Shown here in pieces: positions 33,290 to 45,524 of a stretch of 64,000 nt of DNA (positions are counted from its first letter, which is position 1; every line of letters begins with the position of its first letter). The DNA comes from an uncultured Actinomycetes bacterium (GTDB taxonomy: Bacteria; Actinomycetota; UBA4738; HRBIN12), in the NCBI GenBank assembly GCA_963706005.1, contig CAVPLL010000010.1, forward strand, positions 36,429 through 100,428, read 5' to 3'. The position numbers were made by a program, and so were the translations under genes. Under the pieces are notes generated by a model. It was not told the DNA's origin, did not search any database, and worked only from the letters and a program-made list of their open reading frames with translations.

Positions 33290-33883
33290 ATGGGCTCGCA
33301 TCAGCCACCGACCAACAGGAGCTTCTACCTCTCCTTGGCCGCCAGCACGCTCCGCTTCGCGATCATCGTCGCCCTCGTGATCGGGGGCATCGTCGTGATC
33401 GACCAGGCCTTCCCCGCGCTGTCCTCGGGTGGCGACGGCGGCGGCTCGAACGTTCCCATCACGGGAGGCACGGTCGGTGCTACCGGAGAGACGGGGCAGA
33501 CCGGGGCGGTCGGAGCCACACCTACCGGCGCGACGGGCACCGAGACGGAGCCGACCCCGACGATCGTCGGCGTCCGGATCGCCGTGTTCAACGGCACCGA
33601 GGTGAGTGGCTTGGCCGGCGAGACCCAGACCAAGCTCGTGGACCAGTACGGCTACATCGCGACGCAGGACCCGGCGGACGCACCCGCCGCGTACCCGGTC
33701 ACGACGATCTACTACAACGCGCCCAAGGACAAGGTCGAGGCCGAGTACCTCGCGAGCGACTTCTTCAAGAAGCTCGACGGGGTGGAGGTGGTCAAGCTGG
33801 AGCCCGGCACCGCGGACATCGACCCCTCGACCCAGCTCGCGATCTTCCTCGGAACCGACTACGCGACGCTCACCTCGACCTGA
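33290..33883 (+). CDS. LytR C-terminal domain membrane protein
   Basis: N-terminal TM, T/G/P linker, VFNGTEVSGLA, IFLGTD. Confidence 0.85.
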   Translation: MGSHQPPTNRSFYLSLAASTLRFAIIVALVIGGIVVIDQAFPALSSGGDGGGSNVPITGGTVGATGETGQTGAVGATPTGATGTETEPTPTIVGVRIAVFNGTEVSGLAGETQTKLVDQYGYIATQDPADAPAAYPVTTIYYNAPKDKVEAEYLASDFFKKLDGVEVVKLEPGTADIDPSTQLAIFLGTDYATLTST

Positions 33884-33884
33884 T

Positions 33885-34604
33885 CTGGCGACGCTCCGCG
33901 AGCGGGCGAGCGTCGCCGGGGTCGCACTCGACTTCGACGGCACGTTGGCCGAGATCGTGGCGCGTCCCGAGTTGGCGCGTCCGGTGGAGGGCGCGCGGGA
34001 CGCGCTCGCTGACCTCGTCGCGCGATACCGGATCGTCGCCGTCGTGACGGGGCGCCGCTCCGACGAGGTGGCGGCGCTCCTCGACGTCCCACACGTGGCG
34101 TACGTCGGACTGTACGGGCTCGAGGCGGAGGCTCCCGAGCTGGTGACCGGGGTCGTTCCCCGGGTCGAGGCGGCGGTCGTCCGTGTGCCGCAGGCATGGG
34201 TCGAGGACAAGGGTGGTTCGATCGCGGTCCACTACCGTCAGGCGCCCGACCCCGTAGCAGCCCGAGCCGCGCTCCTGGTCGCACTCCAGCCGGTCGCCAC
34301 GGAGTCCGGCCTCGAGATCATCGAGGGCAAGATGGTGATCGAGCTCGTCCCGCCGGACCGGCCTATGAAGGGTGGGGCGGTGGAGCGCATCGCGGGTGAG
34401 CACGGGCTCGAGGCGGTCCTGTACGCGGGGGACGACCATGCCGACCTCGACGCGTTCGCGGGGCTCGATCGGTTGGCGGCGTCGGGACTGCTGACCGTTC
34501 GTGTTGCGGTCCGAGGAGCGGAGACGCCGGCGACGCTGATCGATTCGGCCGATCTGGTGACCGAGGGGCCGGCCGGGCTCGTCGAGCTCCTGCGGACCCT
34601 CTAG
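33885..34604 (+). CDS. otsB: Trehalose-6-phosphate phosphatase (start uncertain)
   Basis: LDFDGTLA, VTGR, EDKGGSIAVHYR, YAGDDHADLDAF HAD motifs. Confidence 0.88.
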   Translation: MATLRERASVAGVALDFDGTLAEIVARPELARPVEGARDALADLVARYRIVAVVTGRRSDEVAALLDVPHVAYVGLYGLEAEAPELVTGVVPRVEAAVVRVPQAWVEDKGGSIAVHYRQAPDPVAARAALLVALQPVATESGLEIIEGKMVIELVPPDRPMKGGAVERIAGEHGLEAVLYAGDDHADLDAFAGLDRLAASGLLTVRVAVRGAETPATLIDSADLVTEGPAGLVELLRTL

Positions 34605-36064
34605 CGCCGCCTGCGCCTGGCGCGCTCGAGATCCTCGAGCTGGCCTCCGACCCATCTGGCCGGTGGGTTCGCCAGCACGAGCCGGGACAGACCCCGCGAG
34701 CGCCGCGTGCGCTCGTCGACCGGCATCGTGAGCGCCTGCTCCAACGCGTCCGCCATCTCGTCGACGTCGAAGGGGTTGACGGGCAGGGCGTATCGGCCGA
34801 GGCGCCCGAACGCACCCGCGTTGCGCGACAGGACCAACACCCCCCGCCTGCGGTTCAGCAGGGGTCCTTCCATCGCGACCAGGTTCATGCCGTCGATGAC
34901 GGGGTTCACGAACAAGACGTCGTACAGGCCGTAGGCGGCGATCGCACCGACGTAGTCGTCCTTCAGCCGGAGCTCGATCGGCGTCCATCCGTCTCGGCCG
35001 AGGGCGTCGTTGACCCGGCGGGCCTCCGCCAGACACGCCTCGGTGTACTCCCGGTACTCGGGCAACTCCATGCGCGAGGGCGAGAGCAGCGCGAGGAACC
35101 GGACGCGCCCGATCCACGAAGGATTGCGAAGGAGGAAGAGCTCGTAGGCCTGGAACCCGCGAACGATGTTCTTGGTGAGCTCCAGCCTGTCGACGCGCAG
35201 GATCAGGCGGTTGTTGTCGCGCCACTTGTTCAACGCGGTCCGGAGGCTGCGGACGCGAGGCGTCGCCGCCTCCTCGCGCATCGCGCGGCCGTCGACGGAG
35301 ATGGGGTGGATGCGGACCACCACCTCCCGGCCCTCGGTCACGATCCGCGACCGGGCGAGGTCGACCCGCGCCCCGGGGAGCTGGCGCGCTGACAGCAGGA
35401 AGTTCTCCGCCCAAGCCGGCGAATGGAAGCCGAGGACGTCGGCGCCGAGCAGCCCGCGGAGGACCTGGTCGTGGATCCGGGCCGGGAGCATCCGGAAGTA
35501 CGTGGGACCGCCGATCGACGTGTGCGAGAAATGCGCGATCAGCGCGCCGGGGATGAGCTCGCGAAGCAACCGCGGTACGAGCGAGAGGTGGTAGTCCTGG
35601 ATCAGGAACACGGTGTTGTCGCCGAGGTTCGCTCCTTCCTCGGCGACCGCGGTCGCGAACCGGCGGTTCACGTCCACGTACCGATCCCACGCCTCTTCGA
35701 TGTCCGGGCCGAACGACGGCGTCGTGACCGTGTCCCACAGGTAGTGATGCGCGAACCACAGCATCCCGTTCGAGATGCGGTTGTAGTACCCGTCGTAGAT
35801 GTCGGGCGGGATATCCAGGTACCGCAGGCGGTACGAGACGTCCCCTTCGGCGTGGTCGATGCGCCCACCCTTGGACGCGGCGACCATCTCCCGGTCGCCC
35901 TCGGACATCGCGGCCGCGACCCAGACGCCCTCGGACTCGATCAGCGCGCTCGAGAGCGCGGTCACCAGTCCGCCGGATCCTCGACGAGCCTGGAGCGCGC
36001 CGCCCGACGTGCGCTCGAACGTGAGGGGTCCTCGGTTCGAGGCGACGATGAGGGGCGGACTCAT
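34601..36064 (-). CDS. otsA: Trehalose-6-phosphate synthase (GT20)
   Basis: VASNRGP, GGLVTAL, QDYHL, DRLELTKNI, DGMNLVAME. Confidence 0.88.
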   Translation of the reverse strand: MSPPLIVASNRGPLTFERTSGGALQARRGSGGLVTALSSALIESEGVWVAAAMSEGDREMVAASKGGRIDHAEGDVSYRLRYLDIPPDIYDGYYNRISNGMLWFAHHYLWDTVTTPSFGPDIEEAWDRYVDVNRRFATAVAEEGANLGDNTVFLIQDYHLSLVPRLLRELIPGALIAHFSHTSIGGPTYFRMLPARIHDQVLRGLLGADVLGFHSPAWAENFLLSARQLPGARVDLARSRIVTEGREVVVRIHPISVDGRAMREEAATPRVRSLRTALNKWRDNNRLILRVDRLELTKNIVRGFQAYELFLLRNPSWIGRVRFLALLSPSRMELPEYREYTEACLAEARRVNDALGRDGWTPIELRLKDDYVGAIAAYGLYDVLFVNPVIDGMNLVAMEGPLLNRRRGVLVLSRNAGAFGRLGRYALPVNPFDVDEMADALEQALTMPVDERTRRSRGLSRLVLANPPARWVGGQLEDLERARRRRR

Positions 36065-37305
36065 ACGGTGATCCGCGAGATCAGCCGGAGGGTGTCCTCG
36101 ATCTCGCGGAGGCACAGGAACTCCTTCCGAACGCGTTCGCGCCCCGCCTCGCCCATCGCCGTACGCCGCTCGGGGTCCCGAAGGAGCTCGACCACGCGTT
36201 CGGCGCATTCGCCGATGCCGTTCACGAGGTAGCCGTTCACCCCGTCCTCGATCTGCAGCCGGATGCCGCCCACGTCACCCCCCACGACGGGCTTCCATTT
36301 CCACATCCCTTCGGCGACGACCAGCCCGAACCCCTCGCGCAGCGACTTCTGCACGATCACGTCGGAAGCTCGCTGGAACGCGTTGACGGCGCTGTCACCG
36401 ACCCCGCTCAGGTTGGTGAGCAGATGGATGTCGGGGTCGCCGGCGGCGTGCTCGGTCGTGAGGTCGAGGTAGCGGATCCCTTCGGGGTCGTCGTGCGCGA
36501 GCGATCCGACGAGCGCCAACTGGACCTCCGAGATCTCTCGGCGGACCAGGCGGAACGCGTCGATGACGCCGAGCGGATCCTTCCAAGGATCGAAACGCGA
36601 CACCTGCGTGACGAGCGGGCGATCGGGATCCACGCCGAACGGCGTCAGCACGCCGCGCCACGTCGACTCCATCATCGGCGCGTTCTTCGGGCTGAGCGGG
36701 TCGATCGAGGGAGGGATGAACGCTTTGACCGGACCCCGAACACCCGGCTGTACGTACTCCTCGGCCGTGAAGATCGCCGCGTCGAACCGGTTGACGATCG
36801 GTTCGAAGAAGTCCCAGACCGGACGGTACGGCGCCGAGAGGTCGATGTGACACCGCCAGATCCATCGGCCCTTGCGCCGGGCGCCCTCCTCGAGCACCTG
36901 CAGGATCGCCGCGGGCTGCGGGTCGTGAACCAGGACGACGTCGAAATCGTCGGGCAGCTCGGCCGCGTTCGCGTGCATCCGCTCCCAGTAGGTCTCGCGC
37001 ATCTCGTCGTCGAGCTGCGTCTCGGCGCCCTGGAGTGCGTTGTGCACGGCCTTCGTCACGTTGAAGAATCGGTCCGACCCCTCGATCACGACCCATGCCG
37101 TCTCGACGCCGAGGTCGTTCATGAGGGGGACCTGCGTCTGCAGCAGCTCGGAGACACCCCCCCCGTACGCGGTGCTGCTGACGTTCAGCACGCGCAACCC
37201 GGGAAGCCCGCGAGCGGCGTCGCGGAGCCGGTCGACGGCCTCCTCGCCCGCCGCCTCCGCGTATTCGGACACGTGCTTGGGCTGGATCGGGACGATCGGG
37301 AGCAT
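36061..37305 (-). CDS. treT: Trehalose synthase TreT-like glycosyltransferase (GT4)
   Basis: STAYGGGVSE, HNALQG, HDPQP, WRCHID, SRFDPWKDP, QKSLREGFGL. Confidence 0.88.
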   Translation of the reverse strand: MLPIVPIQPKHVSEYAEAAGEEAVDRLRDAARGLPGLRVLNVSSTAYGGGVSELLQTQVPLMNDLGVETAWVVIEGSDRFFNVTKAVHNALQGAETQLDDEMRETYWERMHANAAELPDDFDVVLVHDPQPAAILQVLEEGARRKGRWIWRCHIDLSAPYRPVWDFFEPIVNRFDAAIFTAEEYVQPGVRGPVKAFIPPSIDPLSPKNAPMMESTWRGVLTPFGVDPDRPLVTQVSRFDPWKDPLGVIDAFRLVRREISEVQLALVGSLAHDDPEGIRYLDLTTEHAAGDPDIHLLTNLSGVGDSAVNAFQRASDVIVQKSLREGFGLVVAEGMWKWKPVVGGDVGGIRLQIEDGVNGYLVNGIGECAERVVELLRDPERRTAMGEAGRERVRKEFLCLREIEDTLRLISRITV

Positions 37306-37383
37306 CGCTCGAGTCTACTGGGGCAGGCGCTGGCGGCCGGAGTGGGTGGCCCGAGTGGACAGCTGGACTGGGCGGCTGAAGGG

Positions 37384-37800
37384 TCAGGCTCCGAGCTGCG
37401 CGAGCTCCTGCCGACGGCGACGCGACCGCTCGCCGGTCGACATCGCCTGGGCCCGCTCGGCGATCCCGACCAGGTCGACGGGGGAGAACGGCTTGGTCAG
37501 GTACTCGGTGCATCCGGCGCGCCATCCGGCCCGGCGGTCCTCGAGCTGCGTCTTCGCGCTCAGCAAGATCACCGGCACGTCACGGGTCTGGTACTCGTTC
37601 GCGAGCGTCCCGAGGACCGAGATGCCGTCCATCTTGGGCAGCATCACGTCCAGCACGACCACGTCCGGGCGTTCCCGCAAGGCGAGCTCGAGGCCCACCT
37701 CGCCGTTGGTCGCCTCGAGCACCTCGTGCCCGGCGAGCTCGAGGTTCACCCGGCACAGCATCAGGACGTCCGGTTCGTCGTCGATCACCAGGACCCGCAT
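37384..37800 (-). CDS. Single-domain response regulator
   Basis: VLVIDDEP, VLDVMLPKMDG, LSAK, YLTKPFSP. Confidence 0.9.
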   Translation of the reverse strand: MRVLVIDDEPDVLMLCRVNLELAGHEVLEATNGEVGLELALRERPDVVVLDVMLPKMDGISVLGTLANEYQTRDVPVILLSAKTQLEDRRAGWRAGCTEYLTKPFSPVDLVGIAERAQAMSTGERSRRRRQELAQLGA

Positions 37801-37932
37801 CACATCGCTCCGTCCGTAGACCACCTGCTCCTTCGTGTATCGGCCGGAGCGGGGGCAGCCCACATGGCCCAAGAGGGCCATCTCTGGACGGTCCTTCCGT
37901 GTCCCCCGTGCCTGCAGGCACGCCGTGGCTCG

Positions 37933-37962
37933 TTGACACCCCCCTGATGCCCTTCCTACATT
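37933..37962 (+). promoter_or_regulatory. Housekeeping-sigma promoter of the Rrf2 gene
   Basis: TTGACA-N18-TACATT, then GGAGG RBS and ATG. Confidence 0.65.
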
Positions 37963-37978
37963 GGCCGGGGAGGCACGG

Positions 37979-38449
37979 ATGCTGAAGATCTCGCAGAAGC
38001 TCGAATACGCCATGCGGGCGATGATCGAGCTGTCGATCCGCCGGGAGTCCGGCGCTCTCGTGCCTGCCCGGGAGATCGCCGAGTCGCAACAGATCCCCGT
38101 CCGGTTCCTCGAGCAGCAGCTCGGCGCCCTGCACAAGGCCGGTCTGGTCGAGAGCTTCCGCGGTGCCGGCGGCGGGTGCCGCCTGGCCAAGGAGCCCTCC
38201 GAGATCACCGTGGCCCAGATCGCCGACGCGATCGAGGGGCAGCTCTACCCGATGTTCTGCCTCGAGCCGACCGACCACACGTGTTTCGCGGACTCACGCT
38301 GCGGGCTGCAGGGCTTCTGGGGGGAGGTGGCCCTGGCGATCGACGGGGTCTTCCAGCGGACCACGGTCGCCGACCTCGCCGAGCGCCACCAGCGCACGGC
38401 CGGTCCGACGGTCTTCACGTCCGAGCAGCTCCTGTCGGGACTGAACTAG
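37979..38449 (+). CDS. Rrf2 family transcriptional regulator (IscR-like, three Cys)
   Basis: EYAMRAMIEL, LHKAGLVESFRGAGGG, C-x7-C-x5-C. Confidence 0.92.
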   Translation: MLKISQKLEYAMRAMIELSIRRESGALVPAREIAESQQIPVRFLEQQLGALHKAGLVESFRGAGGGCRLAKEPSEITVAQIADAIEGQLYPMFCLEPTDHTCFADSRCGLQGFWGEVALAIDGVFQRTTVADLAERHQRTAGPTVFTSEQLLSGLN

Positions 38450-38533
38450 GCGTCGCCAGCGGCGGAGCAGGCTCCTTGGGTCTGGGCTCGTGCCTGGGAG
38501 GGAGCCGGGAGGCGCGGCTCCGGATGAGGGCTC

Positions 38534-38689
38534 CTAGGCGTCGCTCTTGCCCAGGATGCGCATCACCTTCGTCCCGCATTTCGGGCATATGCCTTGAGCA
38601 GCTTTGCGACCGTTCTTGAGCTCGACGACGGTGCCCTCGAACTGGACCTTCTCTCGGTCCTTCACGCAGTACCCCTCGTACGTGGCCAC
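38534..38689 (-). CDS. DUF5679 small zinc-ribbon-like protein
   Basis: YEGYCVKDREK...KNGRKAAQGICPKCGTKVMRILG; AGGAGG RBS. Confidence 0.88.
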   Translation of the reverse strand: MATYEGYCVKDREKVQFEGTVVELKNGRKAAQGICPKCGTKVMRILGKSDA

Positions 38690-38867
38690 GTGGGCCCTCC
38701 TTCCCCCCGCAGGGTTCGAGGCCGCCTCCATGGCGGCCTCGTAGGCACGATGCTGGGGCCTGCCAGGCACGGATGCAAGCACCTGCCGCTCCATTCCCGG
38801 AGGTGCCCTCCAGAGACGGGGGCCGTACGATGCGTGCGGTCGCATCGCACGAGAGGGGTTTGTACCG

Positions 38868-40829
38868 ATGTCGGACACCAATCAGAACATCGCAGCGCTG
38901 CTCTCCGAGATCCGCGTGTTCGAGCCCCCCGAGGAGTTCCGCTCCCGGGCCGTCGTCCAGGACCGGTCGGTCTACGACCGCTCCGAGGCCGATCACGAGG
39001 CCTTCTGGGCCGAGCAGGCCGACCGCCTGGGCTGGTTCAAGCGCTGGAACACGGTGATGAACTGGACCCCTCCGTGGGTCCGGTGGTTCGAGGGTGGGCA
39101 GCTCAACGCGGCGTACAACTGCCTCGACCGCCACGTCGAGGCGGGTGGAGGCGACAAGGTCGCATACTACTGGGAGGGCGAGCCGGGCGAGGAGCGGGCG
39201 ATCACCTATCGTGAGCTGCTCCAGGAGGTCTGTCGCCTCGCGAACGCCCTCAAGTCGCTCGGGGTACGCAAGGGCGACCGGGTCGCCATCTACCTCGGGA
39301 TGATCCCCGAGCTACCCGTCGCGATGCTCGCGTGCGCCCGGATCGGCGCCCCGCACTCGGTGGTGTTCGGCGGCTTCTCCTCGGAGTCGCTGCGGGATCG
39401 GATCATCGATGCCGGGGCCAAGGTCCTGGTGACCGCCGACGGCGGATACCGCCGCGGCTCGGTCGTGGCTCTCAAGGCCAACGCGGACGAGGCCCTCAAG
39501 GAGTGCCCGACGATCGAGCACGTGATCACGGTTCGGCGGACCGGAGGCGATCACGCGTTCGTCGAGGGGCGCGACCTCTGGTACCACGAGCTCGTCGAAG
39601 GCCAGTCACCCGAGTGCGAGCCCGAGCCGATGGATGCGGAGGATCCGTTGTACCTCCTGTACACGAGCGGAACGACCGGCAAGCCCAAGGGCATCGTGCA
39701 CACGACGGGCGGCTACCTCACCCAGGTCGCGGCGACCCATCGGATGATCTTCGACATCCACGACGACGACGTGTTCTGGTGCGCCGCGGACATCGGGTGG
39801 GTCACCGGGCACTCGTACATCGTGTACGGCCCGCTCGCGAACCACACGACCGGGATCATCTACGAAGGCGCGCCGGACTGGCCCGACAAGGACCGCCTGT
39901 GGCAGATCGTCGAGAAGTACCGGGCCACGATCCTGTACACGGCCCCGACCGCGATCCGAGCCTTCATGCGGTGGGGCACCGAGTACCCGGAGAAACATGA
40001 CCTTTCCTCGCTCCGGTTGCTCGGCTCGGTCGGGGAGCCGATCAATCCCGAGGCGTGGGTGTGGTACTGGAACTACATCGGCGGCGAGCGGTGCCCCGTG
40101 GTGGACACGTGGTGGCAGACGGAGACGGGCTCGATCCTGATCACGCCGCTGCCCGGCATCACGCCCCTCAAGCCTGGCTCCGCGACGTTCCCGTTCCCCG
40201 GCATCGTCGCCGACGTCGTCGACGAGAACGGCGCGACGGTGCCCCTCGGGGGCGGTGGCTACCTGGTCCTGAAGCGGCCGTGGCCCTCGATCGCTCGGAC
40301 GATCTGGGGCGACCCGGACCGGTACGTCGAGACCTACTTCTCGAAGTACGGACCGGAGACCTACGTGGCCGGCGACGGCGCGAAGCGGGACGAGGACGGC
40401 TACTTCTGGCTGCTGGGACGGATCGACGACGTGATGAACGTCGCCGGTCACCGGCTCTCCACGTACGAGATCGAGAGCGCCCTCGTCGACAACCCGAAGG
40501 TCGCCGAGGCGGCGGTGGTGTCGCGGCCGGACGACCTGGTCGGCGAGGCGATCGTCGCGTTCGTCACCCTGAAGAGCGGGTACGAGGGTGACGATGCCGT
40601 CGCCACCGAGCTCCGGAACCACGTCGCCCAGAAGATCGGGAAGATCGCGAGGCCGCACGGGATCATCTTCACGGCCGATCTCCCGAAGACCCGTTCTGGC
40701 AAGATCATGCGCCGGCTCCTGCGAGACGTCGCGTGCGGGCGACCGTTGGGCGACGTCACCACCCTGGCGAACGCGGAGATCGTCGAGCAGATCCACGAGA
40801 TGGTGGACACGAGCGGCACCGAGGAGTGA
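38868..40829 (+). CDS. acs: Acetyl-CoA synthetase
   Basis: [39 protein letters not shown]. Confidence 0.97.
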   Translation: MSDTNQNIAALLSEIRVFEPPEEFRSRAVVQDRSVYDRSEADHEAFWAEQADRLGWFKRWNTVMNWTPPWVRWFEGGQLNAAYNCLDRHVEAGGGDKVAYYWEGEPGEERAITYRELLQEVCRLANALKSLGVRKGDRVAIYLGMIPELPVAMLACARIGAPHSVVFGGFSSESLRDRIIDAGAKVLVTADGGYRRGSVVALKANADEALKECPTIEHVITVRRTGGDHAFVEGRDLWYHELVEGQSPECEPEPMDAEDPLYLLYTSGTTGKPKGIVHTTGGYLTQVAATHRMIFDIHDDDVFWCAADIGWVTGHSYIVYGPLANHTTGIIYEGAPDWPDKDRLWQIVEKYRATILYTAPTAIRAFMRWGTEYPEKHDLSSLRLLGSVGEPINPEAWVWYWNYIGGERCPVVDTWWQTETGSILITPLPGITPLKPGSATFPFPGIVADVVDENGATVPLGGGGYLVLKRPWPSIARTIWGDPDRYVETYFSKYGPETYVAGDGAKRDEDGYFWLLGRIDDVMNVAGHRLSTYEIESALVDNPKVAEAAVVSRPDDLVGEAIVAFVTLKSGYEGDDAVATELRNHVAQKIGKIARPHGIIFTADLPKTRSGKIMRRLLRDVACGRPLGDVTTLANAEIVEQIHEMVDTSGTEE

Positions 40830-40830
40830 C

Positions 40831-41352
40831 GTGCGTCGAGGGCTGGTGGTGGCCACGGTCCTCGCCTCGCTGACCGTGCCGTTCGGGGCCGGTGCGCGGC
40901 CGCTCGAGCCCTCGGGACCGTCGGGATGCACGATCTCGGGGACCGACGGCAACGACGTCTTGCGGGGGACCCCCAGTCACGACGTGATCTGCGGCCGCAA
41001 CGGGGACGATGCGATCGTTGGGCTCGGCGGCGCCGATCGGATCGTGGGGGGCCGGGGCAACGACCGCATCGACGGGGGTTCCGGTGCGGACGACCTCAGC
41101 GGGGGTCGCGGAGCGGACCTGGTCGCAGGCGGCGGCTCGGATGACCACGTGGAGGGCGGACCCAGCCGGGATGCGGTCAGGGGGGACGCCGGATCGGACA
41201 TCGTCCAGGGCGGCCGTGGCCGCGACTTCTGCGTGGCGACCGACGACGGCATCGGTGGGAACGACGTCGCGAACGGCGGGCCGGGACAGGACGTCTACCA
41301 CGCGGACGCGGGGGACGTGCTCGTGAGCGTCGAGACGGCGAGGAGCTGCTGA
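40831..41352 (+). CDS. Secreted RTX/hemolysin-type calcium-binding repeat protein
   Basis: Signal peptide; CTISGTDGNDVLRGT; repeated GGxGxD nonapeptides. Confidence 0.85.
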   Translation: MRRGLVVATVLASLTVPFGAGARPLEPSGPSGCTISGTDGNDVLRGTPSHDVICGRNGDDAIVGLGGADRIVGGRGNDRIDGGSGADDLSGGRGADLVAGGGSDDHVEGGPSRDAVRGDAGSDIVQGGRGRDFCVATDDGIGGNDVANGGPGQDVYHADAGDVLVSVETARSC

Positions 41353-41371
41353 CCAGAGCCCGGGGGTCGCC

Positions 41372-41431
41372 TTGCCATCCGGCTCCCGGCGTGGGTACCA
41401 TTCGTTAGCACTCGGTCACCGAGAGTGCTAG
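41372..41431 (+). promoter_or_regulatory. groEL promoter and CIRCE element (HrcA operator)
   Basis: TTGCCA-N18-TACCAT, then TTAGCACTC-N9-GAGTGCTAG at 41405..41431. Confidence 0.92.
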
Positions 41432-41486
41432 CAGTCTTCGACGGCATCTGCGCAGGGCAGACCGGGCGGAACGAGGAGGAGGAGCG

Positions 41487-43106
<1,620 letters not shown>

Positions 43107-43127
43107 GTCCGGTCGATCGCAGCGCCT

Positions 43128-43255
43128 CGAAGGGGCCCTCCTCGGAGGGCCCCTTCGCTCATCCGGTTGAACCGTCTCGCCGGACGGGACGAACGGACAG
43201 CAGGAGCCCCCTCTCTCACGCGAAGGCCCCGGATCTCCTCCGGGGCCTTCGCGTG
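43128..43255 (+). terminator. Two hairpins downstream of groEL
   Basis: cgaaggggccctc/gagggccccttcg (43128..43157) and cacgcgaaggccccgga/tccggggccttcgcgtg (43217..43255). Confidence 0.7.
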
Positions 43256-43307
43256 TCCGGCCGAGGACCCGGCACCGAGCGCCCGCGCTCTCGTGCCAGA
43301 ATCGGCC

Positions 43308-43535
43308 GTGGGCAAGGCGCGACTCCACCTCACGTTCCCCGGGCACCTCTCATCGGACCCGATCCTGCACCGGGTCGCGACCGAGTTCGGCCTCGTGACC
43401 AACATCAGACGGGCGAACATCGAGGACCGCGGTGGCTGGGTGATCGTGGAGGTCGAGGGCGAGGACGGGCAGATCGCCGAGGCCGTCTCGTGGCTCGCCG
43501 AGCGTGGACTCCAGGTGGACCGCATCGATGACTGA
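43308..43535 (+). CDS. Stand-alone NIL domain protein
   Basis: RLHLTFP...PIL...EFGLVTNIRRANI...GWVIVEVEG. Confidence 0.85.
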   Translation: MGKARLHLTFPGHLSSDPILHRVATEFGLVTNIRRANIEDRGGWVIVEVEGEDGQIAEAVSWLAERGLQVDRIDD

Positions 43536-43550
43536 GGCCGGCCGGTCCTG

Positions 43551-43970
43551 ATGCTCGAGAAGCGCATCGAGATTCGCTGGCGTGACCTCGACGCCTACGG
43601 CCATGTGAACAACGCCGTGTACCTGAACTACCTCGAGGAGGCGCGGGACGCATGGGTGCATGGCGTCCTCGGGGCGGTGTCGGGCAGCACCTGGGACTTC
43701 GTGCTCGCTCGGGTGGAGATCGACTTCCGGGTGGAGCTCACGCAGGACGATGGTTCGGTGACTGTGCGGTGCGCGCTGGAGACGATCGGCCGCTCGAGCG
43801 TGGGGACGCGCGAGGAGGTCCGCAAGGACGACGGGACGATCTCGGCCCAGGCGCGGAGCGTCGTGGTGCCACGCGATCCCCGGACGGGACGCTCACGCCG
43901 GCTCACCGATCCAGAACGCGCGGCGCTGGAGGCCGAGCTCGCGACGGAAGGGGGTCCGGTCAGCCGATGA
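43551..43970 (+). CDS. Acyl-CoA thioesterase (4HBT/YbgC hotdog family)
   Basis: RWRDLDAYGHVNNAVYLNYLEEAR. Confidence 0.92.
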   Translation: MLEKRIEIRWRDLDAYGHVNNAVYLNYLEEARDAWVHGVLGAVSGSTWDFVLARVEIDFRVELTQDDGSVTVRCALETIGRSSVGTREEVRKDDGTISAQARSVVVPRDPRTGRSRRLTDPERAALEAELATEGGPVSR

Positions 43971-45219
43971 TGTGACGGCCGTGCACGAAATGGTCCTCGT
44001 ACCAGTTGTCCGAGACGGAGGTGATCGTGACGCCCGCGTTGCTGCCCCCCGAGTCGATCGCCCACCCGTTGCCGATGTAGGTGTCGACGTGATCGATGGT
44101 TCCGTCGTCGTCACCGTCGTAGAACAAGAGGTCACCCGGGCGGATGTCGTCCCATCGCACCCTCTTGCCGACCGAGGCCATCGAGGTCGAGGTCCGTTGG
44201 GGCAGGTCCCAGCCCGCATAGCCTCGGGGAGGGGTGTTGTCCCACTCGTCGACGGCCTGCTTCATCACCCACCAGGTGACGCCCGAGCAGTCGAACCCGC
44301 CGACCGGCTGGTACCCGCAGCAGTAGCCCGACGGGGTCGGCTCGTCCCAGTCGCCACCCCAGACGTAGGGGTAGCCGACGTACCGGACGGCGAACCCGAC
44401 GACCTCCTGCATCTTCTCCGTCAGGTTCGGGAGCGTGATCGTCGCGTACCGGGACAGGGAATCGTGCATCCATGGAGGCTCGGTCGCGGCGCGGAACATC
44501 GACCATGCCACTTCCGCGCGCGGGAGCGGGGCGTCGGGTCCGACGTCGAGCGACTCATCGTTGTGGTTGTAGCGCAAGCCGATCCGCATGCCGATCAGGA
44601 GCGTCCCGAAGTCCCTGGGCGTTGGGACCACGGTCCCGTCTCGAAGGTGCAAAGCGTCGGCCCCTGCCGCGAGGTCGCCCATGCCGATCGCGAGGACCAG
44701 CGCCCGGTGCACCTCGCGTGTCGTGACCGGATCGTTCGGACGGAACGCACCCGCATCGTCGACCTGCATCCACCCGGCCGTCACGGCGACGTCCGCGTAG
44801 CGGTAGAAGCGATCGGTCGAGGGCAGGTCGGCGAACGCGAGCGTCGCGTCCTGCTCGAGCCCGGTCCCGAAGGCTCGGAACAGCGCCCGCGCGAACAGCT
44901 TGCGGCTCTCGAGCCGGTCTGGCTCGAAGGCGTAGGTGCCGTCGGCCGCCAGCTTGCGGTCGCGCATCCAGTCGTTCGTGGCGCCCACGAAGTCGATCGC
45001 CCTGTGGGCCCAAAGCGTGTTCGGAACATCGGACCACCGGACGCCGTCCTGGGCGCCGGCCGCGAGGGCCCGTTCGACGCCCCACGAGGCGGGGCCGGAG
45101 CCTGGCTCACCGCTGCGAGAACCGTCGACCGCAGGCGTCGAGGAGGCGGCCTGCGGCATCAGCAGGCACGCCGAACACACGAGGACGGCGACGAGGCGCC
45201 GCAGGGGCCGTGCGGGCAT
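43960..45219 (-). CDS. Secreted NlpC/P60 peptidoglycan endopeptidase with SLH-like N-terminal region
   Basis: Signal peptide; WSDVPNTLWAH and FADLP...FRPNDPVTTRE; GYPYVWGG, FDCSG, PGDLLFY, HVDTYIGNG. Confidence 0.85.
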   Translation of the reverse strand: MPARPLRRLVAVLVCSACLLMPQAASSTPAVDGSRSGEPGSGPASWGVERALAAGAQDGVRWSDVPNTLWAHRAIDFVGATNDWMRDRKLAADGTYAFEPDRLESRKLFARALFRAFGTGLEQDATLAFADLPSTDRFYRYADVAVTAGWMQVDDAGAFRPNDPVTTREVHRALVLAIGMGDLAAGADALHLRDGTVVPTPRDFGTLLIGMRIGLRYNHNDESLDVGPDAPLPRAEVAWSMFRAATEPPWMHDSLSRYATITLPNLTEKMQEVVGFAVRYVGYPYVWGGDWDEPTPSGYCCGYQPVGGFDCSGVTWWVMKQAVDEWDNTPPRGYAGWDLPQRTSTSMASVGKRVRWDDIRPGDLLFYDGDDDGTIDHVDTYIGNGWAIDSGGSNAGVTITSVSDNWYEDHFVHGRHIIG

Positions 45220-45314
45220 GTCCCGTCTACCCTCGGCGGTGGAGCAGACCGGCTCAAGTCGGCCGAACGGGGGAACTCGGTCCCGCCGCATCGGGTTCCG
45301 CTAGCCTGCGGGGC

Positions 45315-45524
45315 GTGCTGGGGGAGCTCGAGGCCGTCGTGGTCGAGGTGAAGCCGTGGGACGTCCACGGCGTGGGGTACGTGGACGTCACCGTCGTGTA
45401 TCCGGACCGGGTGCTTGAGACCGCCCGGTTGGGGCCCGAGAGTATCCCCGAGGACCTGCAGGCGGGAGAGCACGTGGTGGTGAACAAGGCGGTCAACATG
45501 ATCGTGGGGATCCGTCGTCCCTGA
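45315..45524 (+). CDS. Small hypothetical protein (possible OB-fold-like)
   Basis: Beta-rich 69 aa; stop overlaps next start (TGATG). Confidence 0.6.
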   Translation: MLGELEAVVVEVKPWDVHGVGYVDVTVVYPDRVLETARLGPESIPEDLQAGEHVVVNKAVNMIVGIRRP

